A stretch of DNA of 64,000 nucleotides from Octopus vulgaris (GCA_951406725.2 OX597817.1:75082001-75146000), one strand, 5' to 3'; positions 1-10,515 are shown, numbered from the stretch's first letter. Made by a program: numbers and translations. Notes: generated from the sequence alone by a model not told the origin.

Positions 1-269
1 TCGGTGTTCTTTCTACTGTTAGCCATGAAATAGGATTGAAACCTGTTTTAGGCCTGAAGCAAGCTGAGTAAGTGCCTTGATGAGAGGCAGTAAAATATCT
101 CTAGTGAGGTTTGAGCTCATTCCCAACAACATATACTTATATTCATCATTCCTTTTGTCATGTAATGAAAATTTTCATCATTCTTAGTTCAGCTAATATT
201 AACAGACAATCTAAAGAACTTCAAAGTGTACATTTCTTGTAACAGGGAAATAGTTATGACGAGGAATCA

Positions 270-504
270 AGTCATATTCTTGTCTCTTCAAGCTCAACTT
301 GTGATTTAACCTTGAATGGTCATGAATGTTGGGTAATGGCTGAAAGAATATGATTGCAAATGCCAGTGGTCAAAATGGAGTTCCTCTGAAGTGTCTTTGG
401 AATAATGTTGTTCAATAGAGTCCTTGGCTCAGAGATCAGTAAGTCTCTATAGGTCGAGCCATTACTTCTCCACGTTGAGGTGGGTCATAGCTCTGGTACT
501 ATGG

Positions 505-510
<6 letters not shown>
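270..510 (+). mobile_element. RTE-clade LINE 3' region, left part (split by a CR1/L2 insertion)
   Basis: Decayed translation resembles the RTE C-terminus (WVMAERI..., VEPLLLHVE..., YYGYI), and the reading continues as RM...KPTSKRPRG after 1277. Confidence 0.6.
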
Positions 511-540
<30 letters not shown>

Positions 541-1276
541 TGTGTACAGTGCTCAGGTGCACTACAACTCATCTAAAGTGTATATATAATCAGGTGTAGT
601 TTCGGCGGATTTCGGAAAGCATGAGGGCCTTAAAGGATGCAGTGTCATGGCAGTCAACAACTGACGCAGGCAGTTTATTCCATGCTTCAGCAACTCTGAG
701 CATGAAAAAATGTTTCCGAAAGTCATAGGAGCTGTGTTGTTTTCTGACTTTGTAGGCATGTCCACGTGTGTTAGACACATGGAGATCAAAAAGGTGTTCA
801 GTGTTGTTGTTGGTGAGGTGGTTGATAACTTTGTGGGTGTTTACCAAGTCCATCACCAGACGCCGGAGCTTCAGTGAATCCATGCCCAGGGAAACAAGGC
901 ACTCAGAATATGGTAGGTGTCTGATGAAGGGTATGCGTTTGGTTGCACGTCTCTGGACAGATTCCAGGAGGTCAATGTTCTGAGCAAGATAGGGGTTCCA
1001 AACTGATGATGCGAATTCCAAGTGTGGTCGTACCATAGCTGTATACAGTTTTAAATAGATGGCTGGAGAGCGGCTAACAAAAGTCTTGCTGAGTGATGCC
1101 AAGACACCCTCGGCCTTCTTGACAATTTTAGGGATATACTTTGTCCAACGCAAATCACTGCTGACAGTGATGCCTAGGTCACGCTCGCAAGAGGATTTCT
1201 TGATATCAGTGTTGTGGAGGGAGTATGTGGACGCAGGGTTTTTTCTCCCAAAATGCATGGTGGTACACTTGTCCAC
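511..1276 (-). mobile_element. 5'-truncated CR1/L2-clade LINE (RT C-terminal region) with (ATT)n tail
   Basis: ORF 590..1276 has KCTTMHFG, ERDLGITVSSDLRW, LYTAMVRPHLEFASSVWNPY, LESVQRRATK, TRGH and WNKLP, typical of CR1/L2 ORF2 ends. (AAT)n at 511-540 is the 3' tail. Confidence 0.9.
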
Positions 1277-1500
1277 AGAATGTCACAGAAAAGAATTGCA
1301 AGACAAGCCAACCAGCAAGAGACCTAGGGGTGGATCAAGAACAAGATGGTTAGATAATATCCGTAGTCTCGGTTGTACTTGGGAATCCTGCCAGAATATC
1401 TAATGATAGTTGCTTCTGATAGGGCCTTGTGGAAGTGGTGCCTAAAACTCTACACCCCCATGACCCTCCCAGGAAGGGTGGGGGAAGAAGATGGATGGAT
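1277..1500 (+). mobile_element. RTE-clade LINE 3' end, right part
   Basis: KPTSKRPRGGSRTRWLDNI and ASDRALW are the RTE C-terminal RPRGRP..RW.D motif; ends in a GATGGATGGAT tail. Confidence 0.75.
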
Positions 1501-2554
1501 ATGTGAAATATACTCTTCTAACAAAAACCCCATCAAGCTGTTGTGGCTTTGCAATACCAAATAATCCACAAATCTAAAAGAAGATATCCAGGCTGTGCTT
1601 GCACTTCTTGTGTTCCCTAGTACTATCCATATTAGAAAAATTATCAATACAACATCCTTAACATGTGAGTGTTATGTAAACCCCAGATACTGGAGGAAGT
1701 GCCTGAGATTCTACCCAACAACCTTTCTTGGAATAGTGGGCAAAGATGGATGAATGGTTTATCATTTCTATTTCTAAAACCTATAATATTTCAGAGTCTA
1801 ATGTATAGGAATATATAATGAGTCTAATGTACAGGAATGTAATAATCCTGTAAAAGTTTATTGAATATCAAAACAGAACATTTCTCACAAAAAAAAAAAA
1901 ATTGCAGATTGTAAACATTTCTCTGTCTGTAAATCTGTTTTCTAAGTTGAATATGGTGAATTCAGTTTTATTTAGTTAGTATCCAATAAATATATCCCAT
2001 TTTTTTTTTCATTGGAGTAGAATTTTAACTGCATGGATCATTTGTTTTTCTTAGATTTTAGTATAGATTCATATTTGAATTTAGATTTGTATGTACTGTA
2101 AAACTCTGATTTTTCAGGAAATTATGTTAATGATTTATTTAAAACATTGTTAACTTCAAAATAATTAAATACATTGGTGCTATTCTTGAAAATGTATTTA
2201 AAAATATTTTATTCGATTTTTAAAGTCTCTTCTGGAAAATTTCTATATGGATGGCTGGAATCAATGAAATCTAGATATAATTAGCATAAAATCCTGTGTC
2301 TGTCTTATCACAAAAAAAAAAAAAAAGTTGTAATACTGAAATTCTGAATGCAAAAACCAGCTGAATGGTTGTTTTATATGGATGGTAACTCACACTTGCT
2401 TGCCTTATTTATATTTCAACAGAAGGAAAATGTTAAAACATTTTTTTTTTCTTTCTCTTCAGTCCTTGAAATCTAGTTTAGCTACACAAAGGCACAAGCA
2501 CATCTAAAGACCTAGCTTTCAATGTTATATAAATAGACTAATATTATCGTTGTG

Positions 2555-2925
2555 AGGCAGCAAGCTGTCAGAATCATTAGCACACCAGACAAAATGCTTA
2601 GTGGCATTTTGTCTGTCTTTACGTTCTGGGTTCAAATGCTGCCAGGGTCAACTTTGCCTTTCATTCTTTCAGGGTTGTAAATACCTGTTGGGCACTGTGG
2701 TCAATTTGTCAACTTAGCCCTTCTCCCGAAATTGCTGGCCTTCTGCCAAAATTTGAAACCAATATCATTGTTGTTGTTGTTGTTAAGGCAGTGAGCTGGC
2801 AAAATCATTAGCATGGCTGACAAAATGCTTAGCAGCGTTTCTTCTGATTTTATGTTTTGGTTTCAAATGCCACCAAGGTCAACTTCACTTTTCATCCTTT
2901 CAGTGTCAATGAAATAAGTACCTAT
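2555..2925 (+). mobile_element. Two tandem copies of a SINE-like repeat (AGGCAG.GAGCTG.CAGAATC... family)
   Basis: Similar blocks at ~2555-2760 and ~2785-2925 with GGGTTCAAAT B-box-like sequence; another decayed copy near 60450-60650. Confidence 0.6.
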
Positions 2926-3930
2926 AATAGAAACAATTATCATTGTTGTTGTTGCAACCATCAAATAGTGGCACAGTATTTAATAAGTGATTCCAGAAAT
3001 AAATACTACACTCCTACACAGTTTAGGGTTTTTGTCTTGTAAATTACTTTGTTTGTGCCATGTAAAAAGCATCCAGTACACCCATTAAAGTGGTTGGCAT
3101 ATCCAGCTGTAGAAACCATACCAAAGTAGACAATGGAGCTTGGCATAGTCATCTGGCTCATCAGTTCCTGTCGAGCCATCCATTCCATGGAAAATGGACA
3201 TTAAATGATGATGGTCATAGATAGATACAGTACCTAGGTATTTTAAGTTCTTTTAATAGTTATGTAATTTTCATTTTAAAAAGAAAAAGGATTACGATTT
3301 AAATATCTTCCTAGTAAAGATAGCCAGGACAGATTTGTGTCATAAGACCAGTTGTAGGTTTTGTATTTTGTTTTTTAAAAGAAATCATCCAATTACTTCA
3401 CATCATCATTGTCTTGTTAATTCCAAATCAATGTTAACTAAGAAGGCAGTTTTACTTTCTTCACCGGAGAGGAATCATATTCATAATCATTTTTGTATCT
3501 CTTCCTTATCATTTGACTGTATAACTCATTAATTCCTTTACATATCTGTTTCAAAAGTCAGCTATATTTTATCACATAACTCCCAGAAACCTTTTACTAT
3601 CTTCAGTTCTAGGGTCTCCAAAGTCATTACCACACTCACCCCACAGGCTGGCTTGTGTATTCATTCTGGTCTTTCTTTTGATATAATCATTAAACTGTCC
3701 TGCCACATCTATAGATTACAGCATCTATAGCTCACACCTTTGAAGTTAGTTCTCACTAAAGCATCCACATAACTAATTTTTCTTGTTGATCCAGCATGTG
3801 GAGCATACACAAGATTTATAGTTGCCATTGTATTACTTATCAATAAGTTTGATCATTATAATTCTCTCACCCACCAAAAACAGCAATTATGTCATCTGTC
3901 TACATCTCAGCTAAAAATATGCATATACTC

Positions 3931-4089
3931 ACAGGTGTAGCTGTGTGATTAAAAAACTTGTTTTGCACCCATCTGGTTTCAGGTTCAATCCTGCTTCATG
4001 GCACCTTGGGCAAATGTCTTCTACCACAGCTCCAGGCTGCCCAATGCCTTTGTCAGTGAGTTTAGTTGACTGAAACTGTGTTGACGCTC

Positions 4090-4120
<31 letters not shown>
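3931..4120 (+). mobile_element. tRNA-derived SINE, 5' half (split by array A in its internal TA tract)
   Basis: Head GCTGTGTGATTAA...GGTTCAATCC...GGCACCTTGGGCAAATGTCTTCTAC matches the intact copies at 21738 and 58702. Confidence 0.75.
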
Positions 4121-4126
<6 letters not shown>

Positions 4127-4605
4127 GATTATATATTGAATTTTGAGATACTAGAAGGCACCAACTCAACTCAGTATCAGAGCGAGCTAGAATCCGCAAC
4201 CAGTATCACCAAATTCAAAGTGTGAATGAAAGGATTGTGTCACCAGCCCCTTCCCACCCGCGTGTAGCCAAAACAAGATGCTATGGTCATCCACTGAGAT
4301 AAAATATGGTTATCCGTAATAATGAAGGGTGAAATTAATTAATTTGGAATAATTATCAATTACACCAAGTAGTCTTCGGCATGTAAAAGCCTCATTCAAG
4401 GAAAATTTAAGTAATACTAAGCAATAAAGGGTTTAGCAACGAATTGCCTTACCACAGACCGAATTTAGAAATAGCAGTCAAAGAGTTATAGCTATTTCTT
4501 CTACTAAAAAGGGAGATCTCAGTAAAAAACACAGCAATTGGAAGGCAGACACAAACAGGTAAGAGAGAATGAATTGACTGCAATCTATCATACAATTTTA
4601 AGTTA

Positions 4606-4705
4606 TCTACGGACGCACGTTTCGAAATCAAGTTTTTAGGAAAGCATAAGAATTAAATATTAAATAATTCTACGTTACCCAAACTTCTTTTCTCTTCAGC
4701 GTAGA
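4606..4705 (-). ncRNA. Type I hammerhead ribozyme motif (array A, copy 1)
   Basis: Reverse complement of the motif at 5516-5615. Confidence 0.8.
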
Positions 4706-5200
4706 ATACTATAATCATAAATGATTATATATTGAATTTTGAGATACTAGAAGGCACCAACTCAACTCAGTATCAGAGCGAGCTAGAATCCGCAACCAGT
4801 ATCACCAAATTCAAAGTGTGAATGAAAGAATTGTGTCACCAGCCCCTTCTCACCCGCGTGTAGCCAAAACAAGATGCTATGGTCATCCACTGAGATAAAA
4901 TATGGTTATCCGTAATAATGAAGGGTGAAATTAATTAATTTGGAATAATTATCAATTACACCAAGTAGTCTTCGGCATGTAAAAGCCTCATTCGAGGAAA
5001 ATTTAAGTAATACTAAGCAATAAAGGGTTTAGCAACGAATTGCCTTACCACAGACCGAATTTAGAAATAGCAGTCAAAGAGTTATAGCTATTTCTTCTAC
5101 TAAAAAGGAGATCTCAGTAAAAAACACAGCAATTGGAAGGCAGACACAAACAGGTAAGAGAGAATGAATTGACGGCAATCTATCATACAATTTTAAGTTA

Positions 5201-5300
5201 TCTACGGACGCACGTTTCGAAATCAAGTTTTTAGGAAAGCATAAGAATTAAATATTAAATAATTCTACGTTACCCAAACTTCTTTTCTCTTCAGCGTAGA
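5201..5300 (-). ncRNA. Type I hammerhead ribozyme motif (array A, copy 2)
   Basis: Reverse complement of the motif at 5516-5615. Confidence 0.8.
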
Positions 5301-5515
5301 ATACTATAATCATAAATGATTATATATTGAATTTTGAGATACTAGAAGGCACCAACTCAACTCAGTATCAGAGCGAGCTAGAATCCGCAACCAGTATCAC
5401 CAAATTCAAAGTGTGAATGAATTGGTTGCGGATTCTAGCTCGCTCTGATACTGAGTTGAGTTGGTGCCTTCTAGTATCTCAAAATTCAATATATAATCAT
5501 TTATGATTATAGTAT

Positions 5516-5615
5516 TCTACGCTGAAGAGAAAAGAAGTTTGGGTAACGTAGAATTATTTAATATTTAATTCTTATGCTTTCCTAAAAACTTGATTTCGAA
5601 ACGTGCGTCCGTAGA
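5516..5615 (+). ncRNA. Type I hammerhead ribozyme motif (array A, copy 3)
   Basis: Stem I TCTACG(5516-21)/CGTAGA(5610-15); core CTGAAGA 5522-28; 69-nt stem II closed by GAAA/TTTC with AAGTTT/AAACTT and AGAATTA/TAATTCT; GAAA 5598-5601; mini stem III CG-TG-CG; GUC cleavage triplet ending at 5609. Confidence 0.82.
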
Positions 5616-6111
5616 TAACTTAAAATTGTATGATAGATTGCCGTCAATTCATTCTCTCTTACCTGTTTGTGTCTGCCTTCCAATTGCTGTGTTTTTTACT
5701 GAGATCTCCCTTTTTAGTAGAAGAAATAGCTATAACTCTTTGACTGCTATTTCTAAATTCGGTCTGTGGTAAGGCAATTCGTTGCTAAACCCTTTATTGC
5801 TTAGTATTACTTAAATTTTCCTCGAATGAGGCTTTTACATGCCGAAGACTACTTGGTGTAATTGATAATTATTCCAAATTAATTAATTTCACCCTTCATT
5901 ATTACGGATAACCATATTTTATCTCAGTGGATGACCATAGCATCTTGTTTTGGCTACACGCGGGTGGGAAGGGGCTGGTGACACAATCCTTTCATTCACA
6001 CTTTGAATTTGGTGATACTGGTTGCGGATTCTAGCTCGCTCTGATACTGAGTTGAGTTGGTGCCTTCTAGTATCTCAAAATTCAATATATAATCATTTAT
6101 GATTATAGTAT

Positions 6112-6211
6112 TCTACGCTGAAGAGAAAAGAAGTTTGGGTAACGTAGAATTATTTAATATTTAATTCTTATGCTTTCCTAAAAACTTGATTTCGAAACGT
6201 GCGTCCGTAGA
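6112..6211 (+). ncRNA. Type I hammerhead ribozyme motif (array A, copy 4)
   Basis: Same sequence as 5516-5615, 596 bp downstream. Confidence 0.82.
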
Positions 6212-6395
6212 TAACTTAAAATTGTATGATAGATTGCCGTCAATTCATTCTCTCTTACCTGTTTGTGTCTGCCTTCCAATTGCTGTGTTTTTTACTGAGA
6301 TCTCCCTTTTTAGTAGAAGAAATAGCTATAACTCTTTGACTGCTATTTCTAAATTCGGTCTGTGGTAAGGCAATTCGTTGCTAAACCCTTTATTG

Positions 6396-6444
<49 letters not shown>

Positions 6445-6450
<6 letters not shown>

Positions 6451-6660
6451 GTTTGTGTTTTTTTTGTGTGTGTTCCTCTCTCCACTCCCTGACAACTGGT
6501 ATTGGTTTGTTTACATCCCCATAATTTAGCAGTTCAGCAAAAGAGACTGATAGAATAAGTATCAGACTTCAAAAAATAAATACTGGGATTGATTTATTTG
6601 ACTAAATCCTTTGAAACGCTGCCCCAGTATGACCGCAGTCCAAGGACTGAAGCAAAAGGT
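6445..6660 (+). mobile_element. tRNA-derived SINE, 3' half
   Basis: GACAACTGGT...GTTTACATCCCC...AGAATAAGTA...GACTGAAGCAAAAG continues the SINE begun at 3931. Confidence 0.75.
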
Positions 6661-6843
6661 AAAAATATAAAATAAAATTTTTATATATTTTTATAAATTT
6701 TAAGATTTTATTTAGGCATAGCAGTATTAATAACCTGGTGTTAGAGCTCGATATATGTTAAGAATAAAGCATTAGTCAAGTACGGAGCATAATACGAAAT
6801 TAAATAAATGGTAAGGAACAGGAATTATGTAATCAACTCCATT

Positions 6844-6924
6844 AGCTAACAGCTATTTCTGCTATAAGATGCAGTGCACTCAGAGCTGAGTGCCTGTGCA
6901 TCACCTTATGGCTTCCTCAGAGCT
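6844..6924 (-). ncRNA. Solitary, slightly degenerate type I hammerhead motif
   Basis: Minus strand reads AGCT-CTGAGGA-a-GCCATAAG..GATGCA..GCACTCAG-CT-CTGAGTGC..TGCATC-TTATAGC-a-GAAA-TAGCTG-TT-AGCT: 4-bp stem I, long stem II, near-palindromic stem III, GUU triplet. Confidence 0.65.
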
Positions 6925-6974
6925 TCTAAAGTAGAAACAGCAATAAACTAATGAAGTTGATTGCATAATTAGAT

Positions 6975-7355
6975 GCAGGCATGGCTGTGTGGTAAGAAGT
7001 TTGCTTCCCAATTTCATGGTTCCATGTTCACTCCCACTGTGTTGCACATTGGGCAAACGTCTTCTATAGTTTGGGTCTGACCAAAGCCTTGTGAGAAACT
7101 GAAAGAAGCCCATCATATACATAGATATATATATATGTGTGTGTGTTTTAATGTCTGTGTTTGTACCCTACTGCCACTTGACAACTGGTGTTGGTGTTTT
7201 TAAGTCCCTGTAACTTAGCAGTTCAGCAAAAGAGACTGATAGAATAAGTACCAGGCTTAAAATGAAAATAAGTACAGGGATCAACTAGTTCCACTAAAAT
7301 TCCTCAAGGTGGTGCCCCAGCATGGTCACAGTCTAATGATTGAAGCAAGTAAAAA
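6975..7355 (+). mobile_element. tRNA-derived SINE, near full length
   Basis: GCAGGCATGGCTGTGTGGTAAGAAG head, internal TA/TG tract, GAAGCAAGTAAAA tail. Confidence 0.8.
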
Positions 7356-8165
7356 AAAAAAGAATTCCTGTTCCTTAGCCATTTATTTAATATCAACACA
7401 CACACACTGACAAAATATTCTTCTCCACTTCATAACTTGCACACAATATCGTTTTGCCTGCTTTATTCAACAGGGTTTGTGTGAATTACTGAAGCATACC
7501 TCAGTAACATATTGATGTCATTGTTTATTAGTTTTTATTTAAAGAGAGACGAAAATATTAGTGAAAATGGGCCTTTTTTTTGTACTTAATTTTCACTTCC
7601 TCTTTACTTTCAGCTTTTATTTCATTTACTTTCTTTTAATTATTACATTTAGTTTTTTTTTTTTTGTTTCATTCTTTCATTGATCATGCCTTTCTTCCAT
7701 TCATTTCTTCTTTTTGCTCTCTTTCCTTCTCTTTTTTTTTATTGTACCTTTGTTTTCTATCTTGCCCTCTCTTTTTTCTTCCTAGCTTTTCTTTCTTTTC
7801 CCTTACATTTCTTTATCATTTCTGTCTTCCCTTTTCCTCTTTTTTCTTTCTTTTTCTTTAATTATTCATATATATATGTATTTGTTTCAGATACTAGCTA
7901 ACTACATCTTTGTTCCTTCTGATACAAAAACTTATAATTTCCTATATAGAAACTACTTTCTAGAATTTCATTGCTTACTGAATACAATATGACAGATATT
8001 CATTCCATAATTTAAGTTTATATTTGGGATTATTTTCCTCTTAGTTTCTTTACAACTTTGTATTGTGATATAATATACTATAACGTTATCATCGAGAAAT
8101 GAAATGTTTATTTTACCTTAAAGTGTATTGTTTGGTTAGCAAAGTTTATGAAAGTTGTATCAGTA

Positions 8166-8275
8166 TACGAGGGGTGTATGGAAAGTCTTGAGCCTCAAAA
8201 AAACAAAACATGGTACAAGACTTCTGATGAAGGTACAAGACTTTGAGGCTCAAAACTTTTCATGTATCCCTTGTA
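8166..8275. mobile_element. Tc1/mariner-type MITE
   Basis: TIRs TA-CGAGGGGTGTATGGAAAGTCTTGAGCCTCAAA / TTTGAGGCTCAAAACTTTTCATGTATCCCTTG-TA; TA flanks; internal GGTACAAGACTT duplicated. Confidence 0.75.
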
Positions 8276-8341
8276 GCTTTGTCACCAAAAGTTTTTCATC
8301 TAGAAAATATGGGAATCAAATTTTATTGCCATTATTTCTCA

Positions 8342-8400
<59 letters not shown>

Positions 8401-8608
8401 GTCCTGAAAATAGAATTTGAATAATATAGCTGGAACACTGGTTAAATGACACATTTCTTTGTTTCCTGAGAATAAGTATGTCATATAAAGCTATGTTTCT
8501 ATATTGTTAAATAACAAAATTACATATGAAGAAATAGTATGTCGTATATATATATATAAATAGGAGTGGGGTATGTGTGTGTGTATATATATAAATGGGA
8601 GCGGGGTA

Positions 8609-8640
<32 letters not shown>

Positions 8641-8763
8641 CACAATAATACCTAACTTTATGAGACCCTGTGTTTATGAGTTTTCACTTTATGAATGTTC
8701 CCCGAGAACAAATTAATTCATATATTGAGGCATTGCTGTTTGTGTGTGTGTATATGTGTATAT

Positions 8764-8813
<50 letters not shown>

Positions 8814-9015
8814 ATATGTAAAGGTAAGATCCAAGAATCAAATTGTTGGAAGTTAGTAAGCTTCAAGCAATCCATAGAAGGTATAAAAAACAACTTTCAG
8901 GAACAATAGTGGTTTATTGATGTAGAAGGTTGTAAATATTTCCCATATCGAAGATTCATAAGTTGTAAAAGATTATTTTATAGTTCATAGTTAGCCCCCT
9001 GGGATTTTGTGTACT

Positions 9016-9065
<50 letters not shown>

Positions 9066-9245
9066 ATCTAAAAATTACTGAAACTAAAAATGTTAGGGTA
9101 GATTCTACTGATTAGTGAAACTATTTTTAATTATTATAAATGAACTATTACTAAAATGGCTATAATGGAAACCAAGTCAAAATGATTTTTAAAACAAAAA
9201 AAACAACAAACATTTATTTACGTCTAAATACGTTATCCATTTCAG

Positions 9246-9612
9246 CATTCGCCGTGTCTCAGCTGCCACCGAACAAACTGTACCAAAGCGAAATGTGCAG
9301 GTAATATTTCAAGGAATGAAAAAAGGACGTCTTGGTGGTACGAAGTCGATGATCCAGCCACGTTCCCGAAGCAACAAAGAAATTGAGTCAGATTTCTCAC
9401 AAGAGTATTGTCGAATGCGCTCGAATACTTTGCCCAGTGTTCAAGAGAAGAAGAAAACACCTCGTACAAAGAGCAGTGACCAAACAGCATTATTGGAAAG
9501 CCGGCACTCAAGTCAGCGAAGCAGTTCAGATCATTCTACAACAACCAGTACCCAAGGAAGTGTAGAGAAGCTTATTCATCCTTGTCACACATCTACAACA
9601 CAGATGGCATAG
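9246..9612 (+). CDS. Probable 3'-terminal coding exon of an unidentified upstream gene (Ser/Thr/basic low-complexity tail)
   Basis: Acceptor TCCATTTCAG at 9236-9245; open frame from 9247 (IRRVSAATEQ...RMRSNTLP...TTQMA*); GC/CpG richer than flanks; not repeat-like; AATAAA near 9619 and 9731. Confidence 0.6.
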
Positions 9613-9640
9613 TTCTAAAATAAATAGAACATTGTCTGTG

Positions 9641-9680
<40 letters not shown>

Positions 9681-9769
9681 CGTATATGTATATCTCACTA
9701 AAGCTACTTATGTATTTATGTAAATTCTGTAATAAAGCTATTTAATTTCCCATGGTATTTTTCACTCAT

Positions 9770-10039
9770 TAATCCATTATCATTTAAATTGGTCATATCT
9801 GGCTCAAATATTTGATCTGTTTTATGTTAGAGCTAGCCATATCAGGCCCAAATATTCTACCTGTTCTACGTTAAAAATGACCAGATCTGGTCTCTCACAT
9901 CAACCCTACAATGTCATTCTAAAATAAATAATCACATTGCTGAAATCTCAAAGCTACAAGGTAATGGATATTTAATCCAAAACAATAACAATAAACAAGC
10001 ATTATATTTCACAGAGTAATCTGAATGCTAAAGGGTTAA
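9770..10039. mobile_element. piggyBac-type MITE copy
   Basis: Ends AATCTGAATGCTAAAGGG-TTAA; same family as 37084-37283. Partial 3' copy at ~10517-10613. Confidence 0.6.
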
Positions 10040-10049
10040 AATAAATAAT

Positions 10050-10515
10050 CACCGGTATCCATGCTAGTGGAGCGCTAAGAGTATCATACGAGCGGGATTG
10101 ATGCCAGAGCAACAAGCTGGCCTCCATGCCGATGGCACGTAAAAAGCACCATTCGAGTGTGATCGTTACCTGTATCGCCTTACTGGCACTTGTGCTGGTG
10201 GCACGTGAAAAAACATTCAAGCGAGGTCATTGCCAGTGCCACTGGACTGGCTCCTGTGCAGTTGACACATAAAAAGCACCATTTGAACGTGGCCGTTGCC
10301 AGTAGTGCCTGAGTGGCCCTTGTGACGGTGGCACGTAAAAGCACCCACTACACTCTCAGAGTGGTTGGCATTAGGAAGGGCATACAGCTATAGAAACTCT
10401 GCCAGATCAGATTAGAGTCTGGTGCAGCAATCTGGTTCACCAGACCTAAGTCAAATCATCCAAACCATGCTAGCATGGCAAGCGGACATTAAACAATGAT
10501 GATGATAATGATGAT
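10050..10515 (+). mobile_element. SINE/LINE-tail repeat with internal GGTGGCACGTAAAAAGCACC repeats and (GAT)n tail
   Basis: Related copy at ~16540-16860; shared GGTTGGCATTAGGAAGGGCAT...CCATGCTAGCATGG...GATGATGAT end. Confidence 0.7.

Larger units (their letters stand above)
4121..6397. mobile_element. Array A: fold-back tandem array of a ~596-bp non-coding unit with one hammerhead per unit (retrozyme-like / non-autonomous Penelope-like)
   Basis: Unit starts at 4121, 4717 and 5312. Orientation flips at ~5421/5423 and the right arm runs to 6397. (TA)n on both flanks; copies nearly identical. Confidence 0.85.

Noticed and set aside
2440-2510. Possible short exon after a polypyrimidine tract and CAG
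   Set aside because: Only ~14 codons, with no donor or homology support.
4449-6368. Repeated 60-aa ORF MISKRASVDN...
   Set aside because: TTG start overlapping the hammerhead, no recognisable domain, and frameshifted in one unit; a by-product of the repeat.
8224-8260. CTGATGA as a hammerhead core
   Set aside because: No correctly placed GAAA or stems; it lies inside a mariner MITE.
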